A DNA stretch of 63,533 nt, the filler included, from Octopus bimaculoides (taxonomy: Eukaryota), in NCBI RefSeq assembly GCF_001194135.2. It is 6 parts of 6 records of this genome, joined end to end, with 100 filler letters (N's around TTAATTAATTAA, not from the genome) between each part and the next. Parts side by side here need not be neighbours in the genome. Positions count along the whole stretch, not along the records: positions 51,336 to 60,943 come from NC_068988.1; positions 61,044 to 63,533 come from NC_068984.1; 4 more parts are not named here. One strand, written 5' to 3'. The notes under the pieces are model-generated. The model was given only the letters and a program-made list of their open reading frames with translations. It made no database searches and was not told the DNA's origin. The position numbers and the translations under genes were made by a program. Positions 51,878 to 63,533 of the stretch are shown here, piece after piece (positions within the stretch are counted from its first letter, which is position 1; each line of letters starts with the position of its first letter).

Positions 51878-53429
51878 TATATATATATATATATATNNNN
51901 NNNNNNNNNNNNNNNNNNNNNNNNNNNNNNNNNNNNNNNNNNNNNNNNNNNNNNNNNNNNNNNNNNNNNNNNNNNNNNNNNNNNNNNNNNNNNNNNNNNN
52001 NNNNNNNNNNNNNNNNNNNNNNNNNNNNNNNNNNNNNNNNNNNNNNNNNNNNNNNNNNNNNNNNNNNNNNNNNNNNNNNNNNNNNNNNNNNNNNNNNNNN
52101 NNNNNNNNNNNNNNNNNNNNNNNNNNNNNNNNNNNNNNNNNNNNNNNNNNNNNNNNNNNNNNNNNNNNNNNNNNNNNNNNNNNNNNNNNNNNNNNNNNNN
52201 NNNNNNNNNNNNNNNNNNNNNNNNNNNNNNNNNNNNNNNNNNNNNNNNNNNNNNNNNNNNNNNNNNNNNNNNNNNNNNNNNNNNNNNNNNNNNNNNNNNN
52301 NNNNNNNNNNNNNNNNNNNNNNNNNNNNNNNNNNNNNNNNNNNNNNNNNNNNNNNNNNNNNNNNNNNNNNNNNNNNNNNNNNNNNNNNNNNNNNNNNNNN
52401 NNNNNNNNNNNNNNNNNNNNNNNNNNNNNNNNNNNNNNNNNNNNNNNNNNNNNNNNNNNNNNNNNNNNNNNNNNNNNNNNNNNNNNNNNNNNNNNNNNNN
52501 NNNNNNNNNNNNNNNNNNNNNNNNNNNNNNNNNNNNNNNNNNNNNNNNNNNNNNNNNNNNNNNNNNNNNNNNNNNNNNNNNNNNNNNNNNNNNNNNNNNN
52601 NNNNNNNNNNNNNNNNNNNNNNNNNNNNNNNNNNNNNNNNNNNNNNNNNNNNNNNNNNNNNNNNNNNNATATATATATATATATATATACACTATACCCA
52701 CAAAGAAGCACACATACATAGATACACACACACATATACACACTCATTTACGGAGCAATCTTCTTAACCGCTCAAATATGCCTTCACTCATTTCCTACTT
52801 CATATTTCACTTGCATATTGTGAGTTAGAACACCACCAGATCATCTGAATTCACCCCCAACAAGGGCTCCCAAAATGTAGTACGGGTGAAGTTTCGGGAT
52901 CAACTTAACAGACTATATACCTCCCCTCAAATCTTTGGCCTTGTGCCAATGTTAGACACGAGTACGAGCCGGTTGAATAGCAGAAAAAACAGAACATCAG
53001 GCTAAATAGCATCTTAGCATGAAGTTTTGTTGCTGCGTTCTGATCCTTCGGGATCAACTGTACCTTTAATTCGTTTGATATCGGTAAAATAAATATGCCA
53101 ATTGTATTTGGATATCGCCTCAGTTAACTATACTTATTTTGTTGTACATATTTGGCAACATATTAATAGATGAAACAGGGTTATAAGTATAAGAATTCAA
53201 ATACTGGTTTACTTGTATCAGGCATTGGACTACGGCTATACTGGAGCTCCGACTTGCAATGTTAGTCGATCTTAGCGACCCTGCTTATTTTAAGTCTGGT
53301 AAACAGGTACTTACTCAGTCTTTCTTTTTGACAAATCACGAAGTTTCGAGATTAACAAACTGACACCGTTTGTTAAACGGTGAGGAGAGGATCGTCACAC
53401 ACGCGCGCATACATACATACATACATACA

Positions 53430-53462
<33 letters not shown>

Positions 53463-53513
53463 GCATGCATACATAAATAAATACATGCATAGATAGATAG
53501 ATAGATACATAGA

Positions 53514-53549
<36 letters not shown>

Positions 53550-55138
53550 CACGGCACGTTTCTACACAGTTTCTGTCTATCAAATTCACTCATGAGGCAT
53601 TGATCGGCCCAGAAACTATAATAGAAGACACATGCCCAAGGTGTCATGCAGTGAGACTGAACCCGTAATTACGTGGTTGCATGCGTGCGCTAATTGTTAA
53701 ATTTTTTATTATTATTATAGTATAGAAGAATGAATTTTCTTTGTGCGCGCGACTGAGTGCGTGTTGAACTATTATGTGTTATGTTATTTTTGATAAAGCT
53801 CTATCGGATATCCATAATTCTATTCTCTATAGTGAAGTTGGCGAGCTAACAGAACCGTTAGCACGCTGGAGAAAATGTTTAGTAACCATTTCGTGTCTCC
53901 TCTTTACGTTCTGAACTGAATTTCCGCCGATGTCGACTTCGCCTTTCATTCTTTCGATAAAATGAGTGCCGGTTGAGCACTGGGCTCGATGTAATCGACT
54001 TACCTACTCTCCGGAACCTGTTGGCTTTGTGCCAAAATTTGAAATCAATAATTTAGCTGTCTCTAGGTTCTGAGCTCAAATTCCACCAATATCGACTTCG
54101 CCTTTTATTTTTTTCGGGATCTTTAAAAAAGTACCAGTCAAATACTGGAGTCGAAATAATCGACTTCCTTCTCTCTTCAAAAACTGCAGGCCATGTGCCG
54201 AAATTTGAGACCAATATTCTCTCGTGTTTCAGTTTTATTTAACATGCGCGGTAAAGGGTAATGGGTGAAGACCCCTTCGGTCATGAATGACCATGGGATT
54301 GCACCAAGGAAGTTCCCTTCCGTGGAACAAGTCCGGACAAGGTTGTTTATGGAAAGCCAGCAGTCGCCCATGCGTACCAACCTCCTTTCTCCACGCCACT
54401 GATGTTACCCAAGGGAAAGGCAAACGCCGATATAGTTTGCCACCAGTGACGTCGCAACTCATTTCTACAGGTGAGTGAACTAAGCAGCGTGAAATAAAGT
54501 GTCTTGCGCAAGAACACAACACACTGTCAGGTCCTCATGTATACGGAATAACGATGACATTAATCCTAACTTCTTCGTTACACAGGCCGAAAATAATACG
54601 AGAACAAAAATAATTACAACTTTACGCTGGTGGCAGATTTGTTTGTTAGTTCAGTCAAGGTGTCGAGTTAATGAATATGAAAGAAATGCACCAATATTGC
54701 AATCCCCTTTGGACTGATTTCATCTTTCAGCTTCAAAGCTTTTCTAAATTAAGTGTTAGTAACAATCTTGGATATGTGCTTCTATTTGAAACTACGAGAT
54801 TCTTTCTTAGCGTTCGAGTGGATAATCATCTTCTGAGAGGTGATTTCTTAACTTGCAGGGAATCATCTAATACTATCAAGATTTTCTATCACCGCAACCG
54901 CCACCACCGGCACCACCACCATCACCACCACTTACACTACAACTGTCACCATCACTATTACAAGAATATCACTATCAGCACCAGCAGCACTTCCCACAAC
55001 CCCGACTACCAAACTACCACCAACAAAATCACCACCCACCTGCCAGCGCTATCACTAGCAGCACCATGACTGTGGCCGTTGTTGGAGTCACGAGCAGTAC
55101 CACCATAACCATCACCACCGCCTCCACTACGCTACCAT

Positions 55139-55195
<57 letters not shown>

Positions 55196-56007
55196 AATCA
55201 CTTCAACCATGATCACCGCCGCCGATCCACTCCTGCCACCACCACCACCACCATTCCCATTACCATAACCGTCACTACGACCAATATGAGTTGCTGCACT
55301 GGGTTCAAGTCTTAATGTGGTTAAGTTTGCCTACCAACCTTCCGAAGTCAATAAGATACAGTCAAGTACTGGGATCGATTTAATCGACTGATACAGGCAT
55401 CTCACTAACTTATTCTTACAAAACAACATTACCGTTGAAGAACGTAGACAAATAATCTCAGTGATACATGCGCTTTGAGTGCAACAGAGCGTGAGCACCC
55501 TAACAATCTCTGAGACAAAAGCAACTTTAAGCATTATTAGTCTTTTGAAAGACATTGTTTGTGTCCAGTACTAGTATAAGTTGTACTTCAAAGGTGGTAT
55601 AGCTGTGTACCTAAAAAGCTTGCATCCTAACCATGTGGTCTTGGGTTCAGTCCCACTGTACAGTACCCTAGGCAAGTGTCTTCCTCTGCTATAGCCCCAA
55701 TTGACCGAAGCCTTCTGGGTGGATTTGATAGACGGATCGTGTAAGAAACCTATTACACACACACGTAATGAGGAACGATGAAAATGAATGCTCAACACCG
55801 CATTGGTAGATATAATTTCTTCATTTGTGAATTAAAGCTACCATTGGTTTCATGTTAAGAAAAGTAGGAAAATATCCTAATGTCTTGAAAATTTTTCTAG
55901 CCAATCAGATGGAGAAATGCGTTCGCCTCCATTCTGTAAAACACTCGTTTAGTTTACTTGGCCTCGTATACGAGTTCTATTCCGTTGGGGTGCGTGATCT
56001 TGGCCTT

Positions 56008-56479
56008 GTATACCAGAAACACCCCGAAAGCCATTACGACTGTAGATCTCCAAACTGCAGCCCTCTAAGCAACAACTGTCTCGAGAAAGAACTTGTATAC
56101 AAGGCCAAGATCAGAGACCCCCAACGGAATAGCAAAGACGCATATCGGAATGCCGGGCCACTCGTTCAAGGAAAGGTATACCCAACATCTGGCGCCATTC
56201 AGAGACAAGCAAAAACATGCAATCTCCCTGTTAAATACGATATGGATATTGAATGAAGGTGGAATAAGCAGCCCCCAGGTAGAATGGAAAATTATTGCTA
56301 AAGCCAAAAATTACAGAGGACGGGGTACTAAATGTGAACTCTGCATTACTGAAAAATTAAACATTATACAATCAACAGGTAACATCCTAAACATTAGGGA
56401 CGAAGCCATCGCTCCCTGCATACACGAGAAATATTTTACGCTCAAATATTTCAAAGAAGAGCACTATCTGCGACAGTAA
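56008..56479 (+). mobile_element. Penelope-like element remnant, GIY-YIG endonuclease (frameshifted)
   Basis: CRSPNCSPLSNNCLEKELVYKAKI / KTHIGM...SFKERYTQHLAPFR...IWIL...VEWKIIAKAK...CELCITEK...LNIRDE...CIH: CCHC-extended GIY-YIG typical of PLEs; frameshift near 56115. Confidence 0.85.
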
Positions 56480-57695
56480 ACCCACCCGGATAGCCACTTT
56501 CCTTAACCTGAACATACATAGCACATAATTTCTACACAAAGAAGAAATATGCGCCAATGACCGAATGCCTCAGCGCACAAGTATAAGAAGACTGCCCAAA
56601 CCCAAAACAAAATAATGCAACAAACTGACGACACAAATATTTTCCCAAAAGATAAATCCAAGGGAGACAAACATCCGAAAGCTTCCACTCATGAGTAATA
56701 TCCCTTGATTCATTGATGCAAATATTTTATTCACGTGAATTTACGACAATTCCCGTGAACTAAACGAGACTGTTTACCAAAATAGAGGCGAACACCTTTC
56801 GCCATGTGATCGGCTAGAAAATGTTTAAGATACTAGGATGTGTGTCAATGTGTGTATGTGTGTGTGTATATGTATGTGTGCACATGCGTGTGTGTACTTG
56901 TCTTTGTGACTGTTTCTCGCTACCGTTTTTATAACAGGTGTCAGTTTGTACAGGTCCACGTAGCTTCACGTTTCAGCTCCACTGACTGACACAATGTATA
57001 CCAAACTTAATAAGAAGAAAAATGAAACACTGGGGTTGATTTGTTCAGTTAAAACGCAGCCTGATCGCAGTCCAATGAGAGAAACAAGTAAAAAGTAAAT
57101 GATAAATAGAGGAGAAAGTATAAAAATGTTAGATAACAGGGAGTAAGGAATTTTTACCATTTACTCTATTGTTGAGTGAGTGAAGAACGGTAGAACCGAG
57201 GTTACAGTAGCAATACCATTCTCTTATCCAGGTCACGCATTTTACAGAGCTAATGCCCTTGTAAATGAATGAATGACGTAATTCTTGCCTTTTATGTTTT
57301 TACTGAAGGTTATACATCTAATTAATTATCGTTTGATAAGGATGGGTGAGGCTGATTACAAGGTATGAAACATAAACAACGATGTCTTCACTACTATTTA
57401 TATTTTATAAGTGGGTAGAGTAAAATATTTTATCTGCTCATCAGTTATCCTGATTCAACCTATTTTAACAAGCTGTGAAGAAAAAGGAAGAAAATAAACA
57501 AGTAAACAAACAAGCAAAATAAACATAAACAATAATTTTGGTGATGATGATTATTTTAAGAATGTAAGTTGTAGCAGAGATGGTGATAACCATGACATTG
57601 GTGCTGATAAGTGTGAACAGGACGACGACGACGACGACGATGATGATGATGATGACGACAATGATGAACATGATGATGGTTACGATTGTGAGGAT

Positions 57696-57730
<35 letters not shown>

Positions 57731-57915
57731 AGTGAAAGCATTAGCAACAACATTTACATGTTCCACCATTGTGGTTGCAGTTATGAAACTGTGACAAACG
57801 TTAAATTAGCGAGCAGTGTTTAGAGACAGCTGGCTGCAGACACCAGAGTGCATCCAGTACAAGAAAGCTTCTATTAATCTATCCTTATATGATAATACAC
57901 ACTCACACACGCACA

Positions 57916-57970
<55 letters not shown>

Positions 57971-57980
57971 GTTATTATTA

Positions 57981-58034
<54 letters not shown>

Positions 58035-60899
58035 GTATTAGTAGTAGTATCTAAAACATTTTGATTCGGCCCTATGCGACTTAAAGTTTCGCAGGCTTCT
58101 ACCAGAGATCTGTCTTTTTCAACCTTAAATTACCGAATCTAACCCTGATAGAGACATGTAACTCCTACTAAATGTGTTGAAACCAATGGTTGCTTTAATT
58201 CACAAGTAAAGAAATTATATCTACCAATGCGGTGTTGTGCACTCATTTTCCTCGTTCGACATTAATCCTAACCCTAACCCTACCACTTTAGAAAGAAACA
58301 ACAGAACAAAAAAAAGCGAAACAATGTATAATATAACCTTTTTAAATATATCGTTATTGGAGGAATGAGAGGCAGGATGATCCTACTTGGAATGCTTTAG
58401 ATCTTATGCCAAATAGTGCAGCAACAAACTAGTCTGAGTATATTTGGACGACGAAAGAACAGAGAACGTAGAACAGAAGTGGGTGAATTGCGTATCATGC
58501 AAAAATAAAAAAAGAAGAAAAAATGTTCAAGTATTTCCTGGAGAATATATATTCCTTAATTTCTAATCATCATCATTAACATCATCATCATTGACACCAA
58601 TTACGACGTCTGTAACTATCATCCAGCCGTACGATTNNNNNNNNNNNNNNNNNNNNNNNNNNNNNNNNNNNNNNNNNNNNNNNNNNNNNNNNNNNNNNNN
58701 NNNNNNNNNNNNNNNNNNNNNNNNNNNNNNNNNNNNNNNNNNNNNNNNNNNNNNNNNNNNNNNNNNNNNNNNNNNNNNNNNNNNNNNNNNNNNNNNNNNN
58801 NNNNNNNNNNNNNNNNNNNNNNNNNNNNNNNNNNNNNNNNNNNNNNNNNNNNNNNNNNNNNNNNNNNNNNNNNNNNNNNNNNNNNNNNNNNNNNNNNNNN
58901 NNNNNNNNNNNNNNNNNNNNNNNNNNNNNNNNNNNNNNNNNNNNNNNNNNNNNNNNNNNNNNNNNNNNNNNNNNNNNNNNNNNNNNNNNNNNNNNNNNNN
59001 NNNNNNNNNNNNNNNNNNNNNNNNNNNNNNNNNNNNNNNNNNNNNNNNNNNNNNNNNNNNNNNNNNNNNNNNNNNNNNNNNNNNNNNNNNNNNNNNNNNN
59101 NNNNNNNNNNNNNNNNNNNNNNNNNNNNNNNNNNNNNNNNNNNNNNNNNNNNNNNNNNNNNNNNNNNNNNNNNNNNNNNNNNNNNNNNNNNNNNNNNNNN
59201 NNNNNNNNNNNNNNNNNNNNNNNNNNNNNNNNNNNNNNNNNNNNNNNNNNNNNNNNNNNNNNNNNNNNNNNNNNNNNNNNNNNNNNNNNNNNNNNNNNNN
59301 NNNNNNNNNNNNNNNNNNNNNNNNNNNNNNNNNNCCTCCTCCCCTCCTCCTCCTCCTCCTCCTCCTTTAAACAGCAGTTCGCTTTGCAGTCACATGGTTC
59401 CAGGTTCAATCCAACTGCGTGGCACCGTTAACAAGTTTATTCTGCTGTAGTCTTAGTATTATCAATAACCTGTGACCAACTTTGGTGCCAGATATCAATT
59501 CATGTATGTGTGTGTGTGTGTGTGTGAATGAAATCATGTATATATATATATACACACAATCATACGTCTTCGAACGCTACAATAATTTGAGGAAGCGCAT
59601 TGTGACCAGTGGCGTATAAAAAACATCTGAGAGTCTGGTCGGTACAGTGATATGTACATATGCATACATACATACACATAAATAAATACATACGCATACA
59701 TACATACACATAAATAGATACATACGCATACATGCATACACATAATTAGATACATACGCATACATACATAAACGTATACATACATACATACATACATACA
59801 TACATAAATACATACATACATACATATATACATACATACATGTGTGTGTGTGTAGGTCTCTAAATAAAAACAAATTCTCTGCATTAAAAAGAGAAACAAA
59901 TAAAGTAGAAATTTACTGACTAAATAGAGATCGATAAAATAGTACCAGACTGAAATAAGTGCTAAAATCGATATCGACTAAAAAGCTGTTGAAAGTTCAA
60001 TGACTGAAACCATTAAGAGAGTAAAATAATATACTGGAAGCGAATTGGTCAAATAGACAATGTTCTGTACTGGCACTACGTAGATCAGGACTTCATATCC
60101 ACTGCATGCAAATCTTTCGTCCTGTATTTTACGTATTTAACGCTTTTCGGTGTAGCTGGTACAAGTGTGTGAATTATAAGTGACATCCATTTGTCCTATA
60201 TACATAGGAAGAAATTCGTCTATCATTCGTTTAGAATGGGAAACTATACACCGGCCCTTTAAGACTTCATGGTAGTTCTTGCGAGGAGAAGAATGACATA
60301 TACAAAATATCAAATTAGAAGATTTAAGACCTTAGTAATAAGTAAGCAAAAAATAACAAAATGCATACGTATATTCTGCGCATCTTATGTCTTAATTTCA
60401 AATTCAAACTTTAATCCCGCCAAAATTATGTGGAAATGAAAATCTCCTTTATATTAAATGGCCACTAGCGGACACTGCATGTTTTGCCAAAATGTCTAAC
60501 TTCGTAAACTTCATAAAATACTGAATTTATCTTATATTTATATTATTTGTCTCAAGTTATGCTGTGCTGACGATTCAAAAGAAGGATGAAATAGCGTTAT
60601 ACAAGGCTACCAGTGACTGAAAACTTTAAGAACTTTATAATGTGTAGAAAAATATCAAATATGAATACTCTATAGACCTCTTTCTTTTATTCTTTTATTC
60701 TTTTACTTGTTTCAGTCATTTGATTGCGTTCATGTTGGAGCACTGCTTTTAGTCGAGTAAATCGACCGCAGGACTTATTCTTTGTAAGCCTAGTACGTTT
60801 TCTATCGGTTTCTTTTGCCGAACCGCTATGTCACGAGGACGTAAAGACACCAATATCGGTTTCAAGCGATGGTGGGAGGACAAACACAGGCACACAAAT

Positions 60900-60941
<42 letters not shown>

Positions 60942-61121
60942 CANNNNNNNNNNNNNNNNNNNNNNNNNNNNNNNNNNNNNNNNNNNNTTAATTAATTAAN
61001 NNNNNNNNNNNNNNNNNNNNNNNNNNNNNNNNNNNNNNNNNNNATATATGTACACGCACACATACACACACATATCTATTGCTACTCATCATGAAGTAGC
61101 AACAGAGGAAAACTTCAGCTA

Positions 61122-61206
<85 letters not shown>

Positions 61207-61837
61207 CACCTACCTACTTACCTACCTACCTGCCTGCCTACACACATATAAAAATATATAGACGCATATATACATATATACACTTACATATGTATATATA
61301 CATATAGATATATGTTATGTATCCGCATATACATACGTATATAACATTTATATATACATGACCACACACACTTATACATATATACATACATACATATATA
61401 TGTATGTTTATTTACATATACATATATACATATATATATTACATATATGTATTATATATATATATTATATATATATATTTATATATATACACACACACAC
61501 ATATTTACTCATAATTATATGTGCAAATAAAAAGAACGTTCCAGATATGAGAACGAAATAGGGAAAATTCCCCGAGGGCCGTTAATAATAAGTTCTTCGC
61601 TTGTATATTACTGCCCCCCCCTTCACGTCCGGCACCACAGGTAGCGGGGATGGACGGAAGTTCGTCTCTGCAGGATTCATGTTTCGATATGCTAAAAACA
61701 ATAAATTCTCTCTAACTTTCATTGCTGTTCTGAAAAATATATCTGGAAAGAAATTATTAGAAAAGAAAATCTCAATAAAATATAATGAGATAGTTCAGAA
61801 TATGTAAAGGTATAAAAAAAAATGCAACCACTATGAT

Positions 61838-61874
<37 letters not shown>

Positions 61875-62829
61875 TTAATAATTTTACTTATTTGCCACAA
61901 GGGTGAAGGAGGAGGGAGACAGTACTGAGACAGAGATAAAATGTGGAGGTTTACATATAATAATGAAATGATAAAAATAGCGAAAGGTAAGTATATTCGA
62001 TATAGCATACAAAGGTAAAAAACAAAAAGGCGAGAAGGATGATAGAGGTGTCGCCCTCCTGACACAGGAAACCTTCTAGGGATAATCAAGGAACCCTACT
62101 GTCTGAGATTTCCTTTTCTCCAACTCACAGGTCAACGTTTTTGCCATTTTCGCAACTTCTACCCCACCTTTCAATAAACTCACCCGAGGACAGCATTTCC
62201 CTCTCCACTCTCAATTTCCTTGCCTACACACACATATAAAAACATGTAGACGCATATATACATATATACATTGAAAAAGTCAATGATAATAATGATAATC
62301 TTTTCTACTCTAGGCACAAGGCCCGAAATTTTTGGGAATTGGGCCAGTCGATTAGATCGGACCCAGTACGCAACTGGTACTTAATTTATCGACCCCCGAG
62401 AGGATGAAGGGCAAAGTCGAATGATCAGTAAACAAGTGTCACCTTAGTCTGGTGGCTGTGGACAGCTGACACTTTCCATCATACCCAGCAAAATAAGCAG
62501 TGAGTTTTCATATAATGATAGTAATTATGATGATTATTTCATTTATTCGCCCCAGGGGTGAAGAATGCGGGGGACAATAGAAAGACAGATATAAAGTTTT
62601 GGGTTTACGTATAATGAAAGAAATTAAGTATACAGGGTATACACTAAAAAAAAGGGAACATAGCATAGAAACGTTAAAAAGAATGGTGGGGAGCATGATA
62701 GAGATGTGGCCCTCCTGGTAGAGGAAGGCCTCTAGGGATAATCGAGGAACCTTACTGTCCGGAATTTCCCTGAAACCCCAAGAGCAAATGCGCTCTCCAA
62801 TTCATTCTCTCCAAATCACAGGTCTACAA

Positions 62830-63280
62830 TGATAATGCAAAGATCCTGTGGGATTTTAGGATTCAGATAGAGAATAGGAAACCAAACATTGTGTTTATTG
62901 AGAAATAAAACAAACTATGCTGGATCATAGACATAGCATGCCCAGCTGACAACAAGGTATGCGATAAGGAAGAAAGAAAAGGCGATAGATATGACAGGTT
63001 AGCTTGGGAGGTTAAGCAGTTGTGGTCGCTGAAAAAGGTGGTAGTAGTACCAATTATTGTCGGAGCCCTGGGAACTGTGGGTAAAAATCTCAAATAAGGG
63101 CTGCAATAAGGGTGGAGCATTTACAGAAAACAGCACTGCTTGGAACCGCTCGAATACTCCAGAAGGTGCTCGAAAAATAAGAGGTGTTACCTTAGTTCAC
63201 TGGTAGTGAACAGCTGACATCGTAGTACATTTCCACCGTTAGAAGCTGTGCAAAGAGAATAAGATAACAATAATAATCCT
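62830..63280 (+). mobile_element. R4/Dong-clade retrotransposon 3' end (restriction-like endonuclease) with TAA-repeat tail
   Basis: KILWDFRIQ..NRKPNIVFIEK..LCWIIDIACPAD...KEERK.DRYDRLAWEVKQLW.LKKVVVVPIIVGALGTV...HLQKTALLGTARIL. Confidence 0.85.
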
Positions 63281-63489
63281 TTCTACAATAGATACAAGGT
63301 CTAAAACTTGGTGGGAGGCGGCCAGTCGATTAGATCGTCCCCAGTGCGTAACTGGTACTTAATTCATCGACCCCGAAAGAATGAAAGGCAAAGTCGAACT
63401 CGGTGGAATTTGAAATCAGAACGTAAAGACAAACGAAATACCGCGAAGCATTTCACCCGTCGTGCAAAGGATTCTGCCAGCTTACCACC

Positions 63490-63490
<1 letters not shown>
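63275..63490 (-). mobile_element. SINE A copy
   Basis: Full-length match, followed by (TAA)n. Confidence 0.85.

Positions 63491-63533
<43 letters not shown>

Noticed and set aside
56625-56690. CUGACGA...GAAAGCUU downstream of the GIY-YIG ORF as a hammerhead
   Set aside because: 45-nt spacer with no closing stem II pair and no stem I.

Overview
AT-rich, microsatellite-saturated eukaryotic genomic DNA. It is most likely octopus/cephalopod, an inference from the SINE families and repeat load. About a fifth is N gaps, and five 100-bp joins (44N-TTAATTAATTAA-44N) split it into about six scaffolds that need not be truly adjacent. The main gene is an intact 7-exon minus-strand gene (41767-50278), which I reconstructed by hand with canonical GT-AG junctions whose phases all match. 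It encodes a 685-aa protein with about 14 ankyrin repeats, a C3HC4 RING and a C-terminal death domain; only the ankyrin exon and part of the RING appear in the ORF track. The rest is mostly transposon debris: many tRNA-derived SINEs, Tc1/mariner remnants and MITEs, RTE/CR1/R4-Dong LINE fragments, and a Penelope GIY-YIG remnant. Several minimal hammerhead-ribozyme motifs of the Penelope-associated type are also present. Weaker signals include a housekeeping-type promoter cluster, orphan exon candidates, long hairpins and a CpG-decay domain over the gene. No rRNA, true tRNA or CRISPR array is supported.
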